From: Ostrea edulis
Taxonomy: Eukaryota
Assembly (NCBI RefSeq): GCF_947568905.1
Contig: NC_079173.1
Location: forward strand, 19,282,001 to 19,346,000
Reading direction: 5' to 3'
Length of the DNA: 64,000 nucleotides
The position numbers and the translations under genes were made by a program. Positions 12,901 to 26,800 of this stretch are shown in pieces. Numbering within the stretch: position 1 is the stretch's first letter; each line of letters starts with the position of its first letter. A model generated the notes under the pieces. That model did no database searches. It was not told where the DNA came from and was given only the letters and a program-made list of their open reading frames with translations.

Positions 12901-15900
12901 ATGGACTCATTTACATAAACAGGGTTTCCGTATATAAAAATTTCATTATTGGCACGACACCCCGAGGTTTTTAAGTGAAAGATGTTTGATTTATGCGACA
13001 TGTGAACTTCAGTGCAAAAGGAAAGTTAGGGGAGCAATTTCAGGCTTCAACAGAAAATATGTTTTTCAGGCTAGATTCAACTTCGTATGTGCAAAAATCG
13101 CTTCATCTTGCATATTCAATGCAAAAATTAGACATGTTGCAAGTTGCAATAAACTTGGTCTCAGCACTTTTCAAATTAAGAAATTAATATGCTTTGAAGT
13201 TATATTAACTTCAACTTGCAATGATATCTGGATATCGTGCCAATTCAACGATTTATGCATACACGATACGTTTTTATCTTGATATTTGATCACGTGATAC
13301 AGAGTTGATGTAGAGACTGTCGGTCTGGTGAAAAATGTATAGGATGTCAATATACACTTAATGATATATACATATTGTTTTTGTATAAAAGGGTTGTTTT
13401 TACAGAATTGGTCACAAATTGATCTGTTTATTAATGCTTTTTTCCTGACATATTTCTATGGCCCTACTTAACACAACTGCGTCAATATAAAATAAAGTGT
13501 TTGGCAAACACGAACCTCTAGATACACCAGAGGTAGGATCTGGTACCTAGGGGAGTAATCATCCCTTGTCGACCGGTCACACCCGTCTTGAGCCCTATAT
13601 CTTGATCAGCTAAATGGAGTTATCCGTAGTCAAAATCAGTGTGCCAAGAACGGCCTAACAATCGGCATGAAACACGTCAGACCGATATCATAACTCCTAC
13701 AAGCAATACAAAATAGAGAGTTGGGCAAACACGGATCCCCCGTGAATGTACTAGTGGTGAGATCAGAGGCCTAGGAGGAGTAAGCATTTCCTGTGGACCG
13801 GTCACCCCCGCGGTAAGCCCTGTATCTTGATCAAGTAATTGGACTTAACCGTAGTCAAACTCAGTGTGCCAGGAACGGCCTAATAATCAGTGTGAAACAA
13901 GTCAAACAGGATCTGATCTAGTGATGATTTGTATTGACAAAGTAGAACGTTATAACGACTATAGAATTTGCGAAATGCTGACTTAAAAGGAAACGGTTAA
14001 AGCCCCTGCACCATCAACTTGTTTTGTCAGTAGCCTGATTCGATTTAAAAACTGGGAAGTTAACGATGGAGAAGCTGAAATCACCCCACTTGTCATAAAG
14101 TCCAGTTGTTAGTTAGCGAATGATATACACTTTCAATAAAATATCTTAGTATGGTGCAAAAATGGATGACTCTGTGGTGTCTTTTATTTCGAGCTCACAG
14201 GGATATATCGAATCGACATATGAATAAAAACTATTGTTGTCAAGAGATAATACGTCGTCGATATATGTAAATGTCAAAGTGTATTTTAAACAACAAAAGA
14301 CAATCAAAGTATATCAACACACTTTTTTTTTTCAAAATGAACAAGATTATGTTGTTTCTTTTGTATAGCTTGTAAAAAAATTGCAAACCTTAAAAAAAAT
14401 CAATAATAACGCTAATCTAATAAAACTTTGATTAAAAAACACCTTATTCTAAGGACTCCCTAAATTCGAATTCACTGCTAAAGTCGACATAAGAACACCC
14501 CAAAAATATAAATAGCATAAAGTAAGTATAAATACAGGAAACGCAACGTAGATTACCAGGTTATCATTTAGCACTTAGATACTAAATCTTATAGATGTTT
14601 AGATGAGTAATTGAAGATAAATTCGCTTATTGTCCTTAAAGCACTTTTAATAGCTCTAATGTAGTCATTTATTACCTAAATTCCTTATCCAACAAAATGA
14701 CAAAATTTCAAACAATACAGAGTACGTTATAACCATCGAACATCAGACCTCTTTACTCTCTTACTTTAAACGCATACTTTGCCGTTGCTTTTCTTTTGTT
14801 TTACACTTGCAATTTTGGCAGGATTAATGGGTTCAGAGACTTTGTTATTTGCTTTAATTTATTTCGCACGTAGCTCACCAGGATTACCTCCAATGACCGC
14901 GCTCCTGGTAATGTTTCTGTTTTTCGTGCTAAAAAAGTAATGAAAGCTTCATCATCGTTTTCGTCAACATTAAGAAACAAACCTATAATTATCGCATCAA
15001 GCAGAAACATACTGACCCACATTAACTTCATAAAAGGTCTTCAGTCATTAAAATCATAGCAATGTTCTTCATGCGCAGGGCCCTCCGTGGTCGAGTAGTT
15101 AAAGCATCGCGCTTAATATCACACGGCCTCTCACCTCTGGTCGGCGAGGGTTCGAATCCTCCTCGCGGAGGTAAGTGAGAAAGTTTCCCAATTTACTTTC
15201 GGTATGTCGGTGGTCTCTTCCCATGTACAATGTACATAGGTTCTATTTTCCACCAATAAAAACTGGTTGCCACCAAATAACTGAAAAATTGTTGAGTGTT
15301 GCGGAAAACACCAATCAATCTTCATGTGAAATTCCCTTACCTGTTTTAGTGTCAACGGAATCAATTGTCGTCTTTTTTATTTTCTTTGAAGAAATACGCG
15401 TCTGTTGTATTGTGGTAATTGTATTTGTACAGTTGGAAAAGTAGGAAGAGGTTACCAACGTTGCTATTTTGCCTTTTTCTATCCCAATGTCACAATGTAA
15501 TTGCTTCTTTAACAAAAATGGAAAAAGAAAATGATCAGTCATCCAAAACTTACTTTGTTAAACATCACTCTGATCCCTCGCATATGTACTTTGAAGTTGA
15601 AATAAAAACAATACGCTAGAGTTCCTCATTGACAATATCTTCGTGGTCTTTGGTGATCAGGTCTCCCAACAGTCTCTTTAAATTCCCATGAACACGAATT
15701 GCGCTCCTTTGTAAGCTGACCTGTTTCTATATTCATACCAAGCAGAATTTATTCAAAAACGTATACGCAACAAAAAAGCTCGTGTTGTGGCCTTCAATTC
15801 GACATTAGTTATATCGACGACGTTTTGTCTATTGACAATGATAGCTTTAATTCATATATCGATTCGATATATCCCTGCGAGCTCGAAAAAAAGACACCAC

Positions 15901-17773
15901 CTAGTCGTCCACTTCTGCTTCTTACTTAGCTATTTTATTGAAAGTAGACATTAACCGCAAACTGACAACTTAACTGTATGACAAACGGGATGATTTCACC
16001 TTCTCCATCGTCAACTTCTCATATTAATATAGAAATATTCCATTATCACCTGCATATGGTGTATATATCTCTCAACTGATTCGATACGCAATAGCTTGTT
16101 CTGCGTATAGACAGTTTTTAAATCGAGGCAAGCTACTGACCAACAAGTTGATCGTACAGGGGTTTCAATAGTCTTGATTGAAGTCAGCATTTTGCAAATT
16201 ATATGGTTGTTATAACGATCTAGTTCGCAAATACAACTTATCATTGGGTCAAATGATATCTGACATGTCTCATACCGATTGTTAGTCCGTTCTTTGCAGA
16301 CTGATTTTAACTACGAATAACTCCGTTCATCATGATCAGGATATAGCCTCATGGTGGGTGTGACCGGTTGGCAGGGTATGCTTCCGCCTCCTCGTGACCT
16401 GATACCACCTCTGGAGTCTCCAGAGGTCCGTGTTTGCTCAACTATCTATTTTGGTTGATTATAGGAGTTATGAGATTGATCACTGTTCGTTAACTTCACC
16501 TTTTATTTGCATTGTTCCTATCACTGGGTAAATATTCAAGCTAATTCGTCTCGATTACTAGTATTTGTGCAATCTTCAGATTTTACAAACACATAATTGA
16601 TACTTCTGTGATATCGATAATTTAACGCATCTTTGATGGTTATCGTCCCCTGTTCCATAATGTATGACAGGATGAACTGTTCTATAAAGCTCGACTTACA
16701 TTGGCGACGATGTTCTTGCGATTAATTTGTCTGCTATTTTCTGCACGATTTATCACATCGTAAGAAGCTGGGACACTATTGTTTACATTTTAGTGTCATT
16801 TTACATGGTTTCTTGTAATGAGGTTTGGTAACATCTGTATGGTGGACGTATGGACATCTTTAGATTATCGAGTTCTTTTATAATACCACCTGCGCGATCT
16901 CCAGAAGTCGTTCGAGATCTGTGAAAAGTCTTTTGAATGTCCTACGACACTACACTATCTGTAAAATTAAATGTTTGCCCAAATGTCTTCAACTATAGAA
17001 GGTTTACTGTCCGATCAGAAACGTCCGTTCGTGAAATGATTGTGTGGAAGTCGCACAATACAATATACGACATGTACACGGAATGCTTGATTCTCGGTTG
17101 CAATCTCAGTCACTGTCCCCACACATAAAAGCTTAAAATTATCATCATTTTTAACAAGATAATTAGCGAAATACTGATTTTAAAATCAAGTTATTTCTTA
17201 GTGAGCTTCATCGGTATATACATTGGCCATGCTCCATTATCGAGTCAATTGGGAGACATCCATACCATACCCAGGTGATGATGTAATATTGTTACATAGC
17301 GTAGGAAAATGGCGATGGAGAACCTGAAATCAATCCATTTGCCAAAAAAATGTGTGTGTGTGTGTTTTTTTAGATATTATCGCATTTGTTCTGATGTGGA
17401 AGATTATGTGGTGTTCTTATTTCGAGTTGAATGGATACTTTCTAATCAACATATGAATGGAAATATCCATTGTCCAAAAAGTGGGTAAACCGTGTATGAT
17501 TCGTGTTCGTGTTTAAAGTCATATTTCATGCAAATGCCAAAATATCGCTGATTGAATCAGTCTACACAGTAATATATGTCATCATTGTAGCATCATTGTA
17601 GCGTTGATAAATTAAAGTTCCTCATGAAATCTTTATTATTGAGAGACCTAAGGTACAATAACAACTTTACAGAATGGAAAAGATGATGTATTGGAGTTAT
17701 GAGATTGATCACTGTTCGTTATCTTCACCTTGCATTGACATATTGATCCGTTTACCTGATCAAGATGCATATT

Positions 17774-17830
<57 letters not shown>

Positions 17831-20800
17831 GTGCCTTGTTCCAAAACTTGTCCGTAAAACATTTGTGGAACAAGTTTTGGAACAAAGCGCAGTTATACAT
17901 ATAACGATATGTAACACATATTCACACGCGTATACATATTTCAAATCTCGAAAGGTGACAAATTCACTTTGACATGTAATATTTAGAGTATATTATCTAA
18001 GGGAGCATATGCTCGTTGTCGTTTCCATCCGTCCGTCTATCCAGCCGAGCACATTTCCTTAACCTTGCATCAAAATTTGATGATAATTGATCACAAATAA
18101 TTTTAGGGACAGGGATTACAAACCAAATCGATCATACACAGAAGATGCGTTTGTTTATCGAATCAGTTGGGCGACGTAGATATCATAACCAGGTGATAGT
18201 GGAATGTTTCTACATGCATAAAGGAAGTTGATGGTAGCGGACCTTAATTTTTCCTAGCTGTTACAAACCTTATGTGCTCGTTTACCATTAACGTTCCAAA
18301 TCAATGAAAATTATTCAAATAGAAAACATGAATATCATTTTATTTATCATTATCAAAATTTATAACGCGCACACTTTTTCAAAAGTTTAAAACATTAAAA
18401 TTGACTAATTATCAACATAACAGTGTCCATGAAGTAATGATAAGTTAGTTGAAAGCAATGACATGAGTTGGCGCTTGAAAATATTATAATCGCTGATTGT
18501 TCTAATGTTTGTTGGAAGTTCATTCCACAAGGTAGGTTCTATATGGCAAATGACCTTGAAGCAAATCTGTTTGTGTTTGGCGGCAGGGACATTTCGTGTT
18601 TTAACAGCATTGCTTAGGGAGCGAATGTTGTATGGTGATCTTCGAATGCTCAGAATTTCTCTTAAATATGATGGGCTTTCGTTATCACTGGGACATTTAA
18701 AAACAACACATGCAACTTTAAACTTGATCAGAAAATGAACAGGTAACCAATGTAAATGATTTAAAGCCTCTGTAGAACTCTCAGCAGACTTCCACTTTAG
18801 CACAAGTTTTGTCGCACGATTTTGTAATAACCGCATCCATTTGATTGTACGTTTAGGCAATCCGTGTAGTACACTGTTGGCATAACCCTAATGGTTAGTA
18901 ACTAATTAACGATTGTATTAACTGTTTACACAAGTCATCAGTAAGATATTGACGAATGTGTTTAATGTAATGCAAATTCAGGGAAATTATTTTACATCTT
19001 TCACTTACACATTTCTCAAAGGTTAAATGTTTATCTAAAACACATCATAGATCCTTGATGCACGAAGACACTGATAACATTTTTTGACTTTCAAATAAAA
19101 CAAACTCTGTTTTACTTGGGTTTAATTTAAGTCTGTTCAAAAATACTGATAAAGGGCAATATGATGTTTTTATTTCGAGTTGACCGGGTAATTTCTGATC
19201 AATACGTTTAATGGGAATTGTTATTAGAAAATGGACAAACCGTTCGTGATTGATTCAAATTAGTTGTTTAAAGCCACATTTAGTGCAATGACAATGCTGT
19301 CATGTCTCAAAGCAGTTTATAAAATTGAATTAGTTTAGAAAATTATATATTTCATCATTGGAGCGTTGATCAATTAAGGTTAATCAGAAAAGCTTTTTGA
19401 TTCAGAGACTTGGGAAGAAATAAAATATCAACGTTATCAAATGGAATATTTGATGAATTGACGAAGCTAAAGACACTGTAAGTATATATATATATGTTTA
19501 TAACAATTATTTGTATACAGAGGTGAAGATGATGAACAGTGATGAATCATAAAGCTCTTATAAGTAATAAAAAATGAAGAGTTTGACAAACATGGACCCT
19601 TGGATAAAACCAGACATGGGAACAGGTGTTTAAGAAGAGTAAACATTCCCTATCGACCGACTAAGCATCCCCTGTCGACCGGTCACATCTACCACTAGAT
19701 CTATTAACGGAGTGATCCGTAGTCATCAGTGTGTAAAGAATGGCCTAACAATTAGTATGAAACACATTATACATTATTTGACTCAACAACAGATTGTATT
19801 GGTAAATTAGATCGCTATAACGAGCATAGACTTTGAGAAATGCCTATTTTAAACGAAACAATTGAAACCCCTGTAACATCAACTTTTTATCAGTACCTTG
19901 CCTTGATTTAAAAATTGATCATACGCAGAGCTAGCTCTTGTGCATCGACTCAGTTCAGAACATAAATAATAAATAAAGGTGATGATTGAATATTGCTAAA
20001 TATACATAAGTCAAGGTATACGATGGAGAAGCTGGGGTCATCACATTTGTCATCAGGTTGAATGCTTATTTTCCTTTTAAAATTTATGTTCAATAAAATT
20101 ATTAAGTACAAAGCAGAAGTAGAATTATATATGGTGTCTTTTATTTCGACTTCACTGGAATACATTGTATCGATATATGAATGAAAATAATTATTGTCAA
20201 TAAAAAAAGTCATCGATATATCTAAATGTCGATTGCAAGGTCAGTAAATATGTTATTTGTCATGTACAATCCTTTGAATAAATTCTGCCTAATCAGAATA
20301 TAAAAACAGGCCAGCTCAAAGGAGCACAAGTCGTGCCATTTGAATTCTAACAGACTCTTGGAAGACCTGATCACCAACGACTACGGAGATAGATTGTCAA
20401 TGGAAAAAATCCAGCATCGTTTCATAATCAACTTCAAAGTACGTGTTTGCAGTGGCATACTGGTGTTGAACAAAGTAATTTTTTTGATTTACTGATCAAT
20501 ATAGATTAATATTTCTTTTTTTTCATACGCAAAATGTACCAATAGAAAAACAATATCGATGTTTTACATCACACAAGGATGCTCTGGTGTGTCCAGGGGT
20601 CCATGTTTACCCAGCTATCTCTTTTGTATAGCTTATACGAGTTATGAGATTGATCACTGTTCGTTATCTTCACCTCTCTGTGAATGACATAAAATAGATA
20701 TCAGATTCCCATACACTAATCAATTGCACCTTGATATACAATCATTATTAATCTCATGAATCTGTTTAGTGTAACCATTCTCATATACATCAATTATGCT

Positions 20801-23800
20801 ATATTTGACATCTCGATAATTAATGGTGTTGTGATACCTTAGTTTCGATTAATCAGCGAAGAAACCGAACGATGATCAACAAGTGGTCAATTTCATAAAT
20901 CAGGAAAGTTGAATAGAAAAACGATCTTACGGATCTCGACAAAAGGTGAAGATAACGAACAGTGATCAATCTCATAATTCCTATCAGGAATACAAAATAG
21001 ACAGTTGGGCAAACAGAAATCCCTTGATATATCTGAGGTGTAGTTAAGTGACTAGGAGGAGTAACCATCCCATGTTGCCCAGTTGAAAATAAACATCTAC
21101 ATATATGTTGTAACAGAATAAAGTGCTAAACACCTTGTCTTAGTCATCTTAGGGTTTCGAAATGCGGAAATATAGGATGCATCTTCGCCAAACACGCAGT
21201 TAGGAAAGACTGATGCGTTGTCTGATTTGAATACTATACATCGTCGGCTTCGGGTGTTCTTTTCAGTACTGATAAATGTGAATGATAAACTATTACAAAC
21301 AACTTACGAAAGCACCGCTTGTTCATCAAGTAGAGGCTGGAGACGTGCAGTATGTCAAAAATGACAACTTCTGAAAATAGTTAATAGGCCATCTATCCAA
21401 CTGTAGAAGATGCATTGATGAAAATGCTATCAAAATAGTATGATGTTAGGTACATCCTTTCATTGATATTTTGAGATAAGTATCAGTATATACGTCGGTT
21501 GTTCCTTTTTAACATTGGACCACATTTTAAAGCAACTTTGCATACAATATATTCCAAACTGTACATCTTTTTTCATTTACAATTGTTTTTATTATTATGA
21601 TTTCAACTTTTCCATCCTCAACTTTTCATATTTAGGTAGAAATATTCCAGTATTACCTGCATGAAAGGTGAACATATGAAGTTTACATCTCCACTGATTC
21701 GATATGAAAGAGCTTTTTCTACGTATGGTCAGTCTTTAAATCGAAGCAGGCTACCAGCAAACAAGTTAATGGTGCAGGGGTTCCAACAGTATCGTTTAAA
21801 ATCAGCATTTTGCAAATTCTATGGTTGTTATAACGATCTAGTTTGCCAGTGCAATTTACCATTGGGTCAAATGCTGTCAACCTGTTCCATGCCGATTGTT
21901 AGGTCGTTCTTGGCACACTGATTTTGACTACGGATACCTCCGTTTACTTGATCAAGATATATGGCTCTAGATGACCTGTCGAGAGAGGATGCCTACCTCT
22001 CTTAGGTACCCGATCCTACATATGGTATATCACAGAGTGCGTGTTTGCCCAAAGTCGTGCTTTGTATTATTTATAGGAGTTATGAGATTGATCACTGTTC
22101 GTTATCTTCGCCTTTAATTGTTTGAGATGTTGTTTGTTTTTTTTGAGGAAGTGTACAATTACAATCCAAATACATCAGAAGCAAAAAATGCGGTAGTGAA
22201 ATGAATCATTTGGAAGACACAGGTACGATAACTAGGTGATAATGGAATATCGCTACGTAGGTACAGGAACTGATGTTGGTGAACCCGAAATTATCCCATT
22301 TGCCATCAAGTGTATGCGTTCAATTACCATCAATGTCTTTGTTCTGTGAAGAAAAATATCTAAATATAAAACAACATCTCTGTGCTGTTCTATTTTGTTC
22401 ACTGGGTTATCTCTATTCAATATATGTATGGAAATTATATTTGTTAGAAAATAAATAAATGGTAGGCGATGGATCTAAGTCCCATGTTTAAAGCCATACG
22501 GATGAGGTCGTGTATTAAATCAGTTTACATAATAATATATATCATCATTATAGTGTTGGTTAATTAAACTTAGTACATAGAAAATTAAAGAATAAATCCT
22601 TGATGCACTGACGAATCTAGGGATATTGTAATGATATCTATATAGATAGCAATTGTTTGTAGGAAAAGTGAAGATTGTCAATGCGAGGAATTGTGCGAAA
22701 AGTGTATTAATTTGAAAATGGTCTTGATTTTTGTTACTTTATCCTATGAAAGGTGAAGGTAACGAAGAGTCCTCTATCTCATACTGAATGATGCAAACTT
22801 ATTTCAGATGTTCATACAATTTAATTCGTCTGAAGAAATGATTATATCTGATATCTCATAAAATTGATGATATCATGGCATCTTTAAAAAAATTTTGATT
22901 TAAAGTTCACCTTCCTCCAAATTGTAATTAAAATGGTATTGATTTAAAACTAATACCATACCAATTTTTTATGCACCAGATGCGCATTTCGACAAATAAT
23001 GTCTCTTCAGTTATGCTCAACCGAAATGTTTGAAATCCGAAATAAGAATGAAGTTTTAGAGCTATTATAGAGAAAAACAGTGTGCCAAAAAAGTGGAGTC
23101 AAATCTGGAGATTCTCCTTGCTAAAATAAGGAGAAAGAAATATGACCTGCAGATGTACTCTGACATCATACTCACTACAACATACTGAACTTCTATGATG
23201 TTGAAAATTTTGATTATGTTGTTAGTAAAAAATAACGAAATATTACGGTTTAACAACATTTGATAGATGACTCAGTAAAGTGCATTTTCGGAGATTAGAG
23301 CATTGCACTCAAAATTATACGGCCTCTCACCTCTGTCAGCCCGGCTTCGAATCCCCCTCGCGCTGGTAAGTGATACATTTTTCCAGTTTACTTTCGGAAA
23401 GTCTGTGAACTCTTCCCAAGTAAGTTGTATGTGGGTTCTCTTTTCAACTAATAAGAGCTGGGCGCCACCATATAACTGAAACATTGTTGAATGTGGCGGA
23501 AAACATCAATCAATAAATCCGATAATTCACAATGAATGAAAAAGTGAACATAACGAAGAGTGATCAATCTCAAAGTTCCAATAATGAATACAAAATAAAA
23601 GAAAGTAAACACGAACCCCTGAATATGTGAATGTAGCTTTACTTCACCATTGTGTTATAGCGTACTCACACACATATATTGGATCCCGAAATTGTATAAT
23701 ATATAGTATATAAACTTTCAAACGATAGTGGAATAACTCACTCAATGAAAGGACACATCGCATGTGATGGTACAACAATAGTAATTTCACCGATGCATCT

Positions 23801-26800
23801 CCCCCAGCAAAAGCACCAAGATATCGCAGTATTTCAATTTTATATCATTTAATTATGCTACAACTTTGTCTTTTCTATCAATACATTATTTTTGTCTTTT
23901 TCAGTGGATTATATGAAAACCCTCTGCGTTGCAAATGTCCATTAGTCGACATTATCCGCACTGCGAAAACAAGACGATTGCAGTTGATTGATAACCCTTC
24001 CTGTAAAAATCCTGTGACTCTAAGAAAAACATTCCTAAAGGACCTGAAACTTCGAGACGTAGTTTGTGATTCAGGTATACCATCTACCCTTGGGGATACA
24101 GACACCGATCTGGTCTCCACAGCATGTATGTTCCCGATATATTTCATCTATGTACATGCAATTGTCTGAATACATGTAATCCTTGAATTGATATATATTG
24201 TATTATAAGTCATATATACGGGAGTCTAATACAACTATATGCGTTATAGAGACCATGAGGAACTCAATATAGATCCTGAATCACATCTCAAGTAGTTATT
24301 CACAATGCTAGGTGCATCCAACGTGTATTGCAGGATATGTCAACACTTGACCTCCTAAAATGATTTATACCTCAGTATGAAAGTCCTGTGCAACGCGTAA
24401 TCTGATTGGTTTAGGCAGTCACGTGCCTCCCAAACATCATATACTCCCCATCATATTTTACCTCTTCGGCAGCCTCGTGTATTTTCCATAAATTTTACGT
24501 CAAGGTAGACATAGGCTATTGTGATGTCACAATAAGGCCGAGTCGTTGTATTTACATAGTTCATAAGGTACATAATATGCCAGTCTCTGTTACACAGTTA
24601 AGTCGTCTGATTTTCGCTGATACAAAAACAAACAAGTACATCAGCATTCAACGATAATGGAAATACAAAAACTGGTTTTCATATCACCATAGTTCGTTGT
24701 TTGTTCCTTCTAATACGTTGACGGTGCGGTGTTACCGTTAGGGCAATCTGATCTACATACAATGTATAGATGAGCGGGCTCCAATTTCAAATGTATTTTG
24801 TAGTCTTGTTTTGTTTCGGTATAATAAACAATTTATTGCGTGAATGTTCGGGAGATGTGAAGATTTATTCACCCAAGAAAAAAGGATTGAAAAAATCGTT
24901 ATATCTCCCTCGCTGTCATGCAATAAATGTATAATGTTGATGGATTTTATTACGTTTTTCCACTGTTAGAAACGTACTCCTGGGGGAGGGTGTGTGTGTG
25001 CGGTATATGTGGTTGCACCTATATCAAAAGTATTATTAAAACTTTTAAAGTGATGGGTATTTGTTAGAGTAATGAAACAAATCTATATTTTAAAAAAGTA
25101 TATACTTTACAAAAAATAATATCACAGATACTTAATATTTACAAATTCTAGGTTCGGCGATCGGTCGCGGTAGCTCAGTGGTAGAGAATTCGCTTCATAC
25201 GATGGGCGTCTTGATGTTGAGGCCCACTCGATCGTGTCATGTCCACGTCAAAACTAATCCGTAAACATAGGTAGTGATTGTACGTCAACCACAGCTGGTA
25301 ACGTCTCAATATGAGTGATAAATTATCGACGAGACATAAAACAAGCAAGAACCAACAAACCGAGTTCAACAGTGTCCCCATCAGTTTTTCGTAATCAGTG
25401 CACACTACATTTGTACTGAATATAAAACCACCGACATATCATTTGCTTGATGATATTGCAGAAATGATAAGCATCGGTACAAATGTAGACGAGTGTCAAA
25501 TACATAGGATGTTAAAGCACTACTGATGTCTTTCCATGGGATTTTTATGACCCACAAACATTCAAACCAGTATTAAAAAGTCAATAGTCAATAGGTCAGA
25601 ATATAACAGAAAAAAATATTCTACTATGATATATTGGTCTTATCAAATGCAGCTGATAGACACAAACGAAGTATGTCTCAATCTGTAAAATGGAATGACA
25701 ACGTGTTTACAGTTCAACTTTACTGTCGAAAATGAATCGTAGTACATTATGAAAATTTCAATAAACAAAATAAATACAATTTCGTACATCTGCTGTACGT
25801 TGCAGAAGTCCAAGGTAAACAGTTATCCACAGTCCATACGTTTTATCAACGAACATGACAATGTTGTTCGCAGTTCTTCTATATCTCTATTTAAGGAAGT
25901 TAACTCCTGAGCTTTTGAGCACAACTGTGCAGGATGCTACAACTAAGAATTCAGTGGTTCAAAACTGATCCCATTCGTGCAAACATATTACACATCTAAT
26001 GCTGAACCCTATCCAGTTGATTTTTTTGTGTCAATTCAACTTTGGAAAGGGTTTGGCAGGGACTATTCTGTGGCGGAAGGATTCATTAAATAGATCAAAA
26101 AGTGTTAAGTGATATCACAGTTTCTGTTTCATCCAATGTATCGTCTATTTGTGTACTCCTATATACTTGTATCTAATTTGGAACTAGTTCAAATCTTGTA
26201 ATTTATTAACTTGGTTGACATATTAATAAATGTACTCGAAATTTTATTAACAAATGTAGTATTTTCGCCAATAATTGACCTCCACCCCACCCCCACTTTT
26301 TTAAGTTCCATTTTAAATTGTAAGATCATACCTTGAAAATTATGTAAAATTCTAGAAATTGATATTACTACTAGTATGTCCTTTTAAACTCTCAGTTTTG
26401 ATATAATAGAGTTTTTCGTATCTCAAGTGCAGAAAGGTCATTATTCATTTCCATTACTAGTATTATCTTTTTTCTGGAGTGTTAGAAGACGTGATTATGT
26501 ATCTATTTTGTGTAATGATTGATTTGTGTCGCTTATGTTGTTTTGACACCGACAGGCAATCAAGTTTAATTGAATAAATTTTAAGTGCAAAAAGGTCATG
26601 TTTGGAACACTGTAGCTCAATAACAAGCGTTGCATCCCAAGTTTTTTCTTATTAATTTGCTAATTCTCCTTCAATGTAGAAATCAGCAATACCCTTTAAA
26701 AAAAAATAGCGTTATTCCAATAATCTCGGGTGCGAACCTCTTTTTTTCTAAGTATTTCATGATATCAGACTATCCCGATAAAGGACTTTTTACAAGCTTG

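Larger units (their letters stand above)
10660..14440 (+). repeat. Segmental duplication, copy 2
   Basis: As for copy 1, with a ~410-bp deletion, a ~950-bp insertion and an expanded 22-bp repeat. Confidence 0.85.

Noticed and set aside
14801-15031. 76-aa minus-strand ORF, and similar short ORFs in 25-28 kb and 38-39 kb
   Set aside because: No recognisable motifs or consistent splice-phase partners; expected by chance in AT-rich DNA.
17648-17944. YIYIYI / ERERER / SLSLSL ORFs (also 41774-42147)
   Set aside because: Translations of dinucleotide microsatellites.
21130-21460. Possible decayed transposase (LGFRNAEI...GWR)
   Set aside because: Similarity too weak and fragmented to support without a profile search.
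24330-24935. Possible non-autonomous Crypton-like element
   Set aside because: Looks repeat-like from recall, but no boundaries, TIRs or coding remnant could be shown.
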